Shown in pieces: positions 1 to 10,385 of a stretch of 64,000 bases of DNA. The DNA comes from Selaginella moellendorffii (taxonomy: Eukaryota > Plantae > Lycopodiophyta). The position numbers and the translations under genes are program-made. A model generated the notes under the pieces. That model worked only from the letters and a program-made list of their open reading frames with translations. It did not search any database and was not told where the DNA came from. The first letter of the stretch is position 1. Each line of letters starts with the position of its first letter. The stretch covers positions 69,426-133,425 of the forward strand of contig NW_003314277.1 of the NCBI RefSeq assembly GCF_000143415.4, in the 5' to 3' direction.

Positions 1-882
1 AGGAATTACAAGACAATAATTGAGATTGGGATGATTAAATTAATGTAGAGGATGGGCTTTTTATTTCCAGAACAAGAAAGTCAGATATATAAAGAGAGTG
101 CTTTCACGTCTTTTTTCCTTTTTTGTTTTTTCTTTTTTTTTAGCTCAGGTCTAAATCTCTTAACCTCTACTTGATCACTTTCCTATGACGCTGAGTCATA
201 GTCTTGAGAATCTGGACTACCTAAGCAGCACATAGTCGAAACTAATAACATGGAATGTGTGATTCAGCGTCCCAAGGTCACAAGCTTTAAAGGGAAAAGG
301 CCACAGCCAAAGAACACTTGAAACAACACCATAGCAAGTTGCTAGCTAGGAATTTAGTCTGACAGATGAGTGTTTTCCTTCAGTAAGAATAAATAGGATT
401 GTGCAAGCTTCGACCGTACTACGACGGAGAATCTAGCTCTAAATCTTCCATGTTCCACAGTTATCTTCGAAGTACAGTCCTATGACATTAGAAGCTCAGG
501 TATCCCAGAACAGCATCAACTCTTAATTTGAGCGAAAATTTCAGGGACGATAAGAAGTGGACCATCTTAAGCCCAGTAGACAAAGAAAGTGCCATCAGAA
601 TTATGTTGGAGATTTTGATTTGTTCTTTTGGGAAAAAAAATTAAAGAACATCTTTGGATTATCAAGGGATTGCATGGCATAATTTCACAGCTTGCGAGCC
701 AGTGATTCAACAAAGTTCCAGCAAACAAAAGTAAAACTTTCTGTATGGCTTCTGGCTGAGGGGATAGTATTGATATGAGGCGACACATAGGTTGAAACGC
801 CTTGGATCGGTTTTTCAAATGATGTCAAAGTCAGCTTTCTTTCCTGTTCATAATACTTGATAAGTATCATTTTGATAATCAA

Positions 883-1107
883 GTGGCAGCTCCACCTGAT
901 GGACAGATCCATCTCATGACAAGCAAATTTTTTCAAGGCAGCACTGTTGTCACAGTGGCTCACAGGTTCTCCAACATCTTGCATGCAGGTGGGTTCTTCA
1001 TTTCCCTCTTTTCTTATCATGATTCAAGAGATACAGTCAAGTTTGATACGCCATCGAGATTTGCCAATTTTTTGCGAGAGTATCAAGACTTAACGCGATT
1101 AGATTAG
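883..1107 (+). pseudogene. Degenerate C-terminal fragment of an ABCC/MRP-type ABC transporter
   Basis: FQGSTVVTVAHRF...KFDTPSRF...FLREY resembles the ABCC NBD2 tail (F..cTVitVAHR...eyDsP). No intact upstream gene. Confidence 0.45.
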
Positions 1108-1204
1108 GTTAATGAGCATCCCCGTGTACGAATTCGATTGCAAAACGAAACGAAAGTTCTAAAGTATTATACACCTTGCATTTTCTCGAGGAGAAGTTTT
1201 ACCT

Positions 1205-1304
1205 TCGGCCTCTTTCACCGCACAAGGCATGCGACACATACAGTGGACACGAGCCGAGCCGGGAACTAGCTTTTGCCACGTACGAGCCTTATACGGTATA
1301 AATA
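1205..1304 (+). promoter_or_regulatory. ELIP promoter: conserved upstream block, ABRE/G-box and TATA box
   Basis: GCCACGT (reverse of ABRE ACGTGGC) at 1275-1281 and TATAAATA at 1297-1304. The block TTTCACCGCACAAG...CGACACATACAGTGGACACGAG recurs, with a few substitutions, upstream of all five ELIP copies. Confidence 0.7.
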
Positions 1305-1381
1305 TCTGCCATCTCAAATGTAAAGAAAGTAGTTCATTTGCACAGTTTATTTTTTCCTGGCTAGCTCGCAGCTCAAAAACA

Positions 1382-2114
1382 ATGGCACTCGTCTCAGGCA
1401 GCAGCATCGCAACTCTCTCTTCTTCCTCTCTCATCTCCAACAAGCTCCACCTCCAATCCCAATTTCCCACGAGCTCCAGCTCGCGAAATCTAGTAGTGAG
1501 AGCGTCCTCGAACAAATCCAAGGATGGTGGCGATGGCGGCATCAGTGGCGTCCTCGACGACACCAAGAAGGAGATCACCCGCGAGGAAGTTCTCAAGAAC
1601 CAGGCCGAGAACGAGTCGGAGAAGCGCTCAGTGTTTGGCGCCGTGCCATCGTCCGGATCGCTCTATCCCAGGCCAGAGGTTGAGAGGCGACCAGAGACTG
1701 GCGATCGATCATTCCCCAGCTTGATGGCGTTCGATGGAGCCGGCCCAGAAACGATTAATGGAAGACTGGTAAGAGATTCTTCGCGTTTTTGCAAGCAACT
1801 AACGTGAACTTGACAAGCAGGCAATGATTGGATTGGTGTGGGCATTCGCGGTGGAGCGAATGACGGGACAAACCGTGGCGGAGCAGCTCTACTCGCCGGG
1901 GAGCACTGGTCTTTTCCATTTCTTGGCAGTGGCACAGCTATTCGCCTACGCGTCGCTGGTGCCCATGTTTAAGGGCGAGAGCCCCGACAGTAGATCAATT
2001 GGGCCGTTTAGAGCCATGGCAGAGCGCTGGAACGGGCGAACAGCGATGCTTGGCTTCCTTGCTTTGGTGATCACCGAGTTTTTCACCAAGATTCCAGTGT
2101 TCCACATGATGTAA
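1382..2114 (+). CDS. ELIP: Early light-induced protein (ELIP, three-helix LHC-like), copy 1; exons 1382-1768 and 1821-2114, 226 aa
   Basis: Ser-rich transit peptide. LHC motifs AFDGAGPETINGRL|AMIG and AERWNGRTAMLGF. A 52-nt GT-AG intron (1769-1820) joins the exons in frame. Confidence 0.92.
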
Positions 2115-2416
2115 ATTTCCCTCAAAACGTAATTGCCATTCTTTAGCAACTTAAAGTAGGCCTAATTACAGGTGGTCGGACCATGTAAACGTCCGCCTAT
2201 GAAGCCAGTCTACAGTTGGTCTCGGTTTCAGACGGTCTTCTTGTGTGATGTAAATTTGTTTGTGTTTAAATCATTCCTGTTCCCAAAAGTTTCTCTGGTG
2301 CAGGACGAATCCAAGTTGCGACTACAAGGAATTAAAAATGTCCATTGAATGCCATTTGTGGCAAAAAAAACTTCTTTATCAAGTCATGCTTTGTACTTGC
2401 TAATTTATGTTTTTAG

Positions 2417-2450
2417 TATTAGGGACCTGGTAGTTCCCAGGTCCCTAATA
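2417..2450. repeat. Perfect 14-bp-stem hairpin
   Basis: TATTAGGGACCTGG-tagttc-CCAGGTCCCTAATA. Confidence 0.85.
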
Positions 2451-3329
2451 GTGCACTTCATTAATTGATGGAGACATCTTTCACCTTTTTGCTGCTTGAG
2501 CTTTTATATAGCATTACATACCATTCATTCACATATACTGTTTACAAGGTCGCCCAGCACCCTCCAAGAAGCATGAGACTGATGGGTTCAAATATTCAGC
2601 TGTGTATTGTCTAATCTCATTGGCATCAGTGTCGTGTGCATAATCTTATAATCCAAATATAAAGTTGACAAAGAATATACCTTAAGTGTCTTTTATATAT
2701 ATATATATATATAGCATTATGCATAAACAACTTGAGTTTCGAGCTGTGGCATACTTTCAAAAACATGTTTTTTGTCTAGCAATTGCCTTTTCTTGGTATC
2801 GTAGGATGTAGCTCAGATGGTAGCATGCGAGAGGCACCGTGATCGATACCTGGCATCTCCATTGAAGCCTAGTGTAGGAACTCAATTGGAAGCTAGGTTT
2901 GCTCTTTGTTCGTTCGTTCACTCTCTCTTCTTCCTGCTTTCTCGAAGAAAGCGAAGAGTAGATGCATGATGCCTCCCAGGGATGCTGCATGTGCGGATGC
3001 CTTTTGCGAGGGAGTACATGTACCGCAAGACTGTCACGGGGTGGAGCGAAGCTAGAAATTCTGCTGATCAGTTTGAAGGACTGCTTTTTGTTTCTAGGCC
3101 TCTGTGGATTTTGATGAAACATGCAACAGAGATCAAATTTCACGTTATTTATTAATGTTTGATCCGTTGCACGGAGCCACATACAGCCTTTTGTTTTTCA
3201 ATAGTCTCTATCTAGGCGATCCGCATTTCACGTTTTCCATGCAATTATCAACCAAAACTCAGAACAAGATTATGTTTGGTTCCAAAAAATATGTTGTGTT
3301 TGTGTGGAGGAGGCCACATTTCAAACACT

Positions 3330-4800
3330 AGCTTTCTCAACGCTCCCCAGTTTGTCATACATTGATCACATCGGCTCCTGGTGCCAGAAATTCTCGTATG
3401 GCTTTGTAAGCGCGGTGGGAAAACCCGGCCGGGCTTCTCGAAGCATGAGAACGCTTGCAGACCTTTGCTTCATCGCGGGACGTCTGGTCGTTGTGGTTCG
3501 TGATTTCCTGGACTCTTGAGTGAAAACTCTTCCTCAAATAACAGGAACTGAGCCGCTCCATGGTGACGGACATGGTGAGTCCCAATATCTTCTTTTACTC
3601 GCTTCTGACACTTGCTTCCTTCCTGCATGCCGGGACATTTCTGCTTTCTCTCCTCCAGATCACAAACCAATCTCCATGCTGTGGCCGCTCTAGCGACGAA
3701 AAGCCTGATGGATGGATAATCTGTTCAATTTGTGACCACGACCAGGAAACTCCTGAATGCTTCACCACTTAAAACCAATCGTTCCCGAGCCAGAAGTTCT
3801 CGATGATGATAGCTCATTTCCAGCTGAAGAGGCTCCTGCGTAGTAACCACCGTTGCGTCTCGAATATCTTTCATCCGGATTGGAGTCGGGTTGCTTGTCA
3901 AATTCCGACTTTGAAAGCTGAGACGCTGCTGCATACCAAGCTGATAGAGTGATGCCTCTAGAGAAGCCAAATGACTTTTCTGGATAATGTAGTCTCTCGC
4001 ACACGTTGAACGTCGGACGTCGAGATGAGTCTCCAAAACGACTCGACAGTCCGTGCCAGTAGTATTGCAGCTGCTTCGAATGAGTGATGTTGGTGCTGTC
4101 TGAAGGGAAGAGCCACGGCAGTTTGCGATGATAAGAAATGAGGATTTCCTTGGCGGAGAACTTGTTGCATCTTCTTCCAAACTGCAGCTCCGACTCTTCC
4201 TCTGGAAACCCGCCCCTGTGTGGCATCTCTTCAAGATCTTCTTCTTTGCTCCTCTTCAAGATCTTCTTCTTTGCACATTTCTTGCTCCTCCAAATGCTCT
4301 TCTTCGAATGATGTGGAGGACTCGTCCAGAAACAATACACCACTGACCAGCAGCTGGCCGCGGATTGACGGAACGGCTTTTCTTCAAAACCAGCCCGTGG
4401 TGTTTCTTCCAAATCTTCTTGCTGCTCCAAGTGCTCTTCAAATGCGGAAGACTCGTCCAGAAACAGAGGAGTTACATCCCCTTCTGAGCAGCTGATCACG
4501 GACTGAGCACAATCTTGCTGTACGAGACAACAGTACGATCTAGCTGCTCACCTTCCACCCCTTCTGAGCAGCTGATCATGGACGGAGTGACAGCGTCTTG
4601 ATTGGACGATTTAGTCGTCACGGCCACCAAAGGGATGGTCTTGTTGACGCTGTTGATCAGCTGCACAGCAAGAGTCTTCAACTCCACGTCCACCATTAAG
4701 TTGTAAAGGAGCTGTATGCCGTCCTGATCGAGTCGCTGAAAGAGAAGAGTTCCATATTGTATGGAACTCCCACTGGGCCACATTTTTAGTAGCATTTTGA
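3330..4800 (-). pseudogene. Relic of an unidentified lineage-specific gene family; inverted mosaic copy of pieces of 14900-20445
   Basis: 3400-3625 matches 19535-19725 on the opposite strand. ITLSAWYA/FGFSRG matches 18350-18480. LFQRLDQDGIQLLYNLMVDVEL matches 14980-15075. 3331-3368 is a reversed piece of the PPR at ~20407-20446. Confidence 0.55.
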
Positions 4801-4884
4801 GTTGCTAAGGCAGGAAGCAAAGATCGCGAGTGAGTTGCATTTCGTGTGCCGCATTTTGACATTCTCCTTTGCAGTGGATGAAAA

Positions 4885-6440
4885 TCAAACGGCTCGCAGA
4901 AGTGGTTCTTGCAAGAACTGCAAAGAAATGAAAATGGCTTCCTACAAAGATGACAACAGTGAGAATCGATAGCACTGGCTAAAGAACAGTCTACCTCGGT
5001 GCGTATAGTTCTTGATCCTTGCAGAGGACAAGTGTTTAGGTACCTCGTGAATAGCTCTCTCACGTCTTTCACCTGATTCAAGCAAGTAAACACTCAAGTC
5101 CCACAAGTTTGATAGCGAAGCAGTACCGTGGATGATCCGTCAAGCTCCAGGCTCTCCTCTAGACCAGCTGGACCTCCGAACACGATAAGCGCGTGCCTGT
5201 GTAAGCCATGAATAACACAAGCAAGAGAAACTGCACGTAAACCTCACCTAAAACTAGGAACGCGAAGATCGCTAGTCAGGACTTTCTCTCCGTGCTCTGA
5301 CGTACCAATTGTGTAGTCGTAGCCTTCCTTGAAAAGTGAAAAACACTTGAGATAATAGATAAGAGAAACCGGTTTGGCACCTCGAAAGACGAATCGGAGA
5401 AAGCTTTAGTCAGGCGATCCACGACACGAACTGTATAGCCCCAGTACAGACCAGCACTCTCTCTCGGTGTGCTGGAAGGGACGACGGACAATTTCTTTCC
5501 TGAAATAAAGATCAAAGGGAAACACAGCGATTAAACAAGTGATTGTGAACTTTTTAGCGACACCTCGCTTCAGATTTTTGTCAGTAGATCCCATAGCGAC
5601 AGTAATCCTGGTGCCTGCCTTTACAGTCTCCTGAATCAAAACATCCTGCACACAAACATGACAATTACTCATACTCCCAAGTTCATCGATAAACAAGGAA
5701 AAAGCTTACCTGGCCAAGCCCAACATCAGCATAACATCCATTGCCACGACTCTTCTCGAAGCTTTTGTCCAAAGCAACTCCTACACCTCTCAAGACTTAA
5801 AACGCGAAAGGATGAGCAACGCTACCTTCTCGGAATGGCAACATGCTTGCTTTCGGAGATGATGAGGTGAATCCAGCGGAGGCAATTGTCCCTGAAGAAG
5901 CAAAGGCATGCATCAGAAACAAAGCTCGAAAGAGTTCTAGCTTGGTTACAAAACCGCATATCGGAGGCTCTTGTGCATTGGAACGAGCGCTCGCCGCAAG
6001 TACTGAGGAACCTCCAAGTAGCGAAGAACTCGAGCAAGAAACTCGCCACCACTCGCCTCACCCGTCTCTCTTCCCCATCCGGTCCTCTGGAACGAGCTCG
6101 CGGAGCTCTCTCCATCGTCGAAGACAACGATCTACAAGAAAATCTATCGCATGCTCTCGAGAAAGAAAGAAAGAAAGAATACCTCATCGATTCGAAATAT
6201 CGTGGCAGCCCTCGCGATTTGCCCCGCGAGCTAGAAAGAACCAAAGGAAAGATCACTGCCATAGAGCCCCGAGCCAGCGCTTACCCGTGTGGCGAGCTCT
6301 AGCGACTGTGCATTGTTGATGATCGATCCAGACACGGCCAAGCTCACAGTGTACTTGCGACCAGAGGAGCCGGAATCCAGCGCTTGCGAGGAATCGGCAT
6401 CGCGCTGCTCCTCTCGATCGCCATGCTTCCTCTTCCCCAT
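4885..6440 (-). CDS. SPOUT-family RNA methyltransferase (C9orf114/SPOUT1-like), multi-exon
   Basis: Exon peptides KYTVSLAVSGSIINNAQSLELAT, LRYLEVPQYLRRAL, AGLYWGYTVRV, YLNTCPLQGSRTIRTE|EAIFISLQFL. Short GT-AG introns; stop at 4885-4887. Confidence 0.88.
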
Positions 6441-6450
6441 CGCGAGCTAT

Positions 6451-6459
6451 AAACCCTAA
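6451..6459 (+). promoter_or_regulatory. Telo-box (AAACCCTAA) in a 32-bp head-to-head gap
   Basis: Exact motif between the divergent ATGs at 6440 (-) and 6473 (+). Confidence 0.6.
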
Positions 6460-6472
6460 AGTAAACCCGTGA

Positions 6473-8116
6473 ATGTTGTGGGGCATTTTGCGGCATAAAG
6501 ATCTCGGGCACAAGCATCGCCGCAGCTACTCCCGGATCGCCAGGAACAGGAAATTCGACCGATTGATCGCGGGCACGTCTCTGGCAGCGCGATCGGCCGA
6601 CACGAATCTGCAAACCCTAAAAGAGGAACTGGACCAGGTGCTAGAGGGGAAGATCCGCGGGAATCCAACGCTCTACGGCGACCTTTTGCGAAGAATCCGC
6701 GCCGCCAAGGCATTGCCAGAGGGCATCCGGCTCCACAACCACGTCGCCCAGACCCAATTCAATGGCGACATCTACGTGTGGAATCTCCTCGTCCAAATGT
6801 ATGGCTCTTGCGGATGCCTCGAGAGGGCATGCTCGGTGTTCCAAGAGATCTCTTCGCCAAATAGCTTCTCGTGGAACATCATGGTCGCAGCATATGCCCA
6901 GAACGGGCATTTCCACGGGGCATATTCTACGTTCAAGAAAACGCCCGAGAAGGACATCGTCACCTGGTCGACGATGATCGCGGCGTGCGTCCAGAACGGC
7001 CAAGGGCGAAGAGCCCTAACTCTCTTCCGGGAGATGGACATCGAGGGGACAACTCCGACCAAAGTGGCGTTCCTCAGCGTGCTCGAGGCCTGCGCTGCTA
7101 CTGGGTCTGTGAAGGAAGGCCGGCAAATCCACGCCGAGGTCCAATCCTCGCTAGAGCTCTCCCGGGATGCAAAGATCCAGACCGCCATCGTCAACTTCTA
7201 CGGCAAATGCGGGCTGCTGGTGGAGGCGCGATCGATGCTCGATGCCGCAGAAGATCGCTGCATCGTCTCCACCAACGCGATGATCTCGGCGTACGTCAAG
7301 CACGGCCAGATGGATCGAGCCCGGGAGCTGTTCGACTCGCTGGAATCCCCAAACGTGTCGACGTGGAACTCCATGATTAAGGGGTATGCCCAGCTCGGGC
7401 ATATCGCCACCGCCGTCGATTTCCTCAAGCGCATGGACTTGGACGGCATCCAGCCCAACACCATGACGCTGCTCACGCTCTTCGACGCCTGCGCGACCAT
7501 CCCGGCCCCCGCCGAGGGCAAGCTCGTCCACGCCAGCGTCGATCGGGGCGTCGACCGCGACGGCCCCATCGCCACCGCGCTCGTCTACATGTACGGGCGC
7601 TCCGGCGGCCTGGACGCCGCGAGGGCCATCTTCGACCGTCTGCCGGACAGGGACGTGGCGCCGTGGACGGCCATGATCGCGTCGTACGCGCACAACGGCC
7701 ATGGCGCCGCGGCGCTGGAGCTGTTCCAGCGCATGGCGCTCGACGGCTCGCCGCCCAACGCCGTCACCTTCAACACCATCCTCTGCGCGTGCAGCCACTC
7801 GGGCGCGCTCTTCGACGCGCGCGGCTACTTTCTGGAGATGCAGGGCAGCTTTGGGATCAGGCCGGACGCGGGGCATTTCGGGAGCATGATGGATCTGCTG
7901 GGCCGCGCGGGCAAGCTGGGCGACGCCGAGGAGCTCGCCTACGCCGCGCCTGGGGAGCCGGGCTCCATGGCGTGCACCGCGCTCATGGCCGCGTGCTCCA
8001 CCCACGGCGACGCCCAGGCCGCCGGGAGGCTCTTCGCGTGGACGAGCTCCGAGGCCGAGCCCCACGCCTCGTCGCCCTACGTCCTCCTCCACAACATCTT
8101 CTCTATCGAGCCCTAG
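6473..8116 (+). CDS. PLS-class pentatricopeptide repeat protein with E-type C-terminus, intronless
   Basis: 547-aa ORF with repeated xSWNxMxAAYAQNGH motifs and C-terminal HFGSMMDLLGRAG...SPYVLLHNIF; no DYW domain. Confidence 0.92.
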   Translation: MLWGILRHKDLGHKHRRSYSRIARNRKFDRLIAGTSLAARSADTNLQTLKEELDQVLEGKIRGNPTLYGDLLRRIRAAKALPEGIRLHNHVAQTQFNGDIYVWNLLVQMYGSCGCLERACSVFQEISSPNSFSWNIMVAAYAQNGHFHGAYSTFKKTPEKDIVTWSTMIAACVQNGQGRRALTLFREMDIEGTTPTKVAFLSVLEACAATGSVKEGRQIHAEVQSSLELSRDAKIQTAIVNFYGKCGLLVEARSMLDAAEDRCIVSTNAMISAYVKHGQMDRARELFDSLESPNVSTWNSMIKGYAQLGHIATAVDFLKRMDLDGIQPNTMTLLTLFDACATIPAPAEGKLVHASVDRGVDRDGPIATALVYMYGRSGGLDAARAIFDRLPDRDVAPWTAMIASYAHNGHGAAALELFQRMALDGSPPNAVTFNTILCACSHSGALFDARGYFLEMQGSFGIRPDAGHFGSMMDLLGRAGKLGDAEELAYAAPGEPGSMACTALMAACSTHGDAQAAGRLFAWTSSEAEPHASSPYVLLHNIFSIEP

Positions 8117-8382
8117 TCCGTACGTTTCGTGGGCTTGTGACAGCAAATTCCGTACCAACCGCCGCATTCCGGAGGATATTCTAAACGTCTCTGTACGGCA
8201 GATGGCTCCGTACTGTTAACTGTTGTACGAGGTGGAAGATTCGCAGTGATTTCCGTACCAACTGCCGCAACCTAAAAGGATATTCTAGGAGTTACGGACA
8301 ACGAAGATTCTATGCACGGAAGAAAGATTCGCGGGTACTTGGGATAGAACTTCCCAGCCCTAGAAACAGGGCTAGGGCAGCC

Positions 8383-9540
8383 ATGAACGGCAAGGTCTAT
8401 GGCGTGCGCAAGGTGTTTGGCGCCTCCACCATGGACGAGGAGTTCGAGGTGAGTTTCGTGGAGCACATGTGGAGCACGCACGGCCGCGCGGAGGTGGCGA
8501 GCAGCGCCGCGTTCAAGAGTTACAGCGGCAGCAAGAACCCGGTGGCCATCGCCAGGACGTCGTGGCCGGGCTTCTCCGCCTTCCTCGAGCACCTCCAGGA
8601 CGTGGGCAAGTGCCGGCTGCGCAAGGACGAGGGGCAGCGCTACGCCATCACGATGCTCGACCCCGGCTGCTCGCCCGGCGGCGGCAAGCGGAAGGCCGAG
8701 GACGAGAAGGACGAGCGCGTGCTGGGCGAGCAGATCCAGCGCGCCGCCAAGACCCTGCGCAAGCACCTCCACTCCAAGAACACCGCCAAGCCCGGGGAGC
8801 TCCAGAGAAGCGAGAAGGTGTCCTTCACCCTCCCCCGCCTCGCGGCCGCCTCCTCGAGCAGCAGCAGCAGCGCCGCCGCTGCCGCGGCGTCTGGTTCCAT
8901 CGCCACCGCCGCCGCTGCTACCTCCACCGCCATCTCCGCTGCCGCCACCGAGACGAGCAAGAAGCAACTGAGCCCCCCGGCGCCGCTGTTCCAGGCCATC
9001 GCGGAGCCGCCGGCCAAGCCACCCGAAGCTCCAGCTCCGCCGCTAGCGCTCATGAGTCGATCCAAGATGGAAGCCATCACCCGGCAGCTCGAGGCCGAGA
9101 AGCTGAAGGAGCTCTTCAACCTGCCGAGGAGTCCCAAGTGGGTGGACGCCGGGCTCATCGTGAGGATCACCCGCCACCCCCCGCGGCACCTGGAGCGATT
9201 CGCCAAGCAGGAGGCGGTGGTGGAGGACGTGAACAAGGACGGTCTCACGGCGCGGATCCGGCTCCTCCGCGACCGCCACGGGCAGAGGCTGACGATCGAG
9301 CAGGACCTCCTCCGGACTGTGGTTCCCGGCATCGGCGAGCTCGTCCGGGTCGTCAATGGTGGCTTCAAAGGCTCCGACGGTACCATTGTGGACAAAAGCT
9401 CGCGGGACAAGACCGCCAAGGTATCCTTCTCCAGCGGTGAGTTCAAGGGTAGAGAAATCGCTGGAATCTCATATCGTGATATGTGCCTTAGAGATCTGGA
9501 AGAGATCGTCACCCCTTGGAGGCTACGACACCACAGGTAA
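8383..9540 (+). CDS. KIN17-like protein (winged-helix plus tandem KOW/SH3 domains), lacking the N-terminal zinc finger; intronless
   Basis: EEFEVSFVEHM...FLEHLQDVGKCRL matches the Kin17 middle domain. IEQDLLRTVVPGIGELVRVVNGGFKGSDG...ISYRDMC matches the KIN17 C-terminus. Confidence 0.8.
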   Translation: MNGKVYGVRKVFGASTMDEEFEVSFVEHMWSTHGRAEVASSAAFKSYSGSKNPVAIARTSWPGFSAFLEHLQDVGKCRLRKDEGQRYAITMLDPGCSPGGGKRKAEDEKDERVLGEQIQRAAKTLRKHLHSKNTAKPGELQRSEKVSFTLPRLAAASSSSSSSAAAAAASGSIATAAAATSTAISAAATETSKKQLSPPAPLFQAIAEPPAKPPEAPAPPLALMSRSKMEAITRQLEAEKLKELFNLPRSPKWVDAGLIVRITRHPPRHLERFAKQEAVVEDVNKDGLTARIRLLRDRHGQRLTIEQDLLRTVVPGIGELVRVVNGGFKGSDGTIVDKSSRDKTAKVSFSSGEFKGREIAGISYRDMCLRDLEEIVTPWRLRHHR

Positions 9541-9767
9541 GCTCCCCGGGCCATTCTTTGCGCGGCTGCTATGGCTATGGTGGGATCCCAGCGAGCTCTG
9601 TTGTGAGGCTTGCCACCACCTGGATCATGTTTCCTTTTCAATGAATCCCAAGCCAGGAGTTACTGTTCCGGTTCTTCCTAGATCTCGGAGATAGACTTGA
9701 TCTTCCGGTTCTTCCTAGATCTTTGGAGATAGACTGGTTCTTTGGATAGATTGTCTGGAACTTGAGT

Positions 9768-10350
9768 CTACTCTTGCAGCTTTTGCTTCTTTTTCTTCTT
9801 CTTCTTCTTCTTTGTTGTTGTGGCTTGGATGTCCATGGCTTGGTTTTGGAGGACTTTGTTCTTGGTGAAGGCGTTCGTTCTACTTTCTTCTTCGTCTTTG
9901 GCGGCTTCGTTCTCGCCTGGGCCGGCTTCCAGCTGATCGGACTCTCGCTTGCCATTCTCGATTTGCTTTCGCAGTCTCTTCGACACTGGCGATGCGATGG
10001 AAAGAGCTGCTTGAGTGTGAGGAATGAATTTCGCTCCTAGGCCCAGTCTGTGAAGAAAGAAGGAAATCCATCCTCAACTGTCGATCGATCGCAGAGGAGA
10101 TTTACCGCAATGGCCGTGCCTCCGGCTCGGGTATGGAAGCGTCGTCATCCTTCTCGGCGTCAAAATCGTCTCCTCCGCTCATCTTTTGGAGCCATCCCTT
10201 GGCCTTGCAAGAAAGAAACCAGAACGCATTGATCGATCGAGCATCCCTCGTATCCAAGCTTACCAGCTCAAATGCCGCTGGTTTCACGATCACTTCCTTG
10301 CCGCCGCCGCGGCTCTCACCGACTATCCCCGGCGCCGCCGTCTCCCCCAT
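9768..10350 (-). CDS. Small conserved plant protein of unknown function (RPxRLGLGAK motif, Lys-rich tail); probably 3 exons
   Basis: Splicing two GT-AG introns gives ...KPAAFEL|AKGWLQKM...EARPLR|LGLGAKFIPH...EEESRTNAF...KKKKKKKK, with the stop at 9768. Confidence 0.7.
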
Positions 10351-10385
10351 GGCGCTTCCAAGAACCCTAAAATCCCCGGCCTTGA

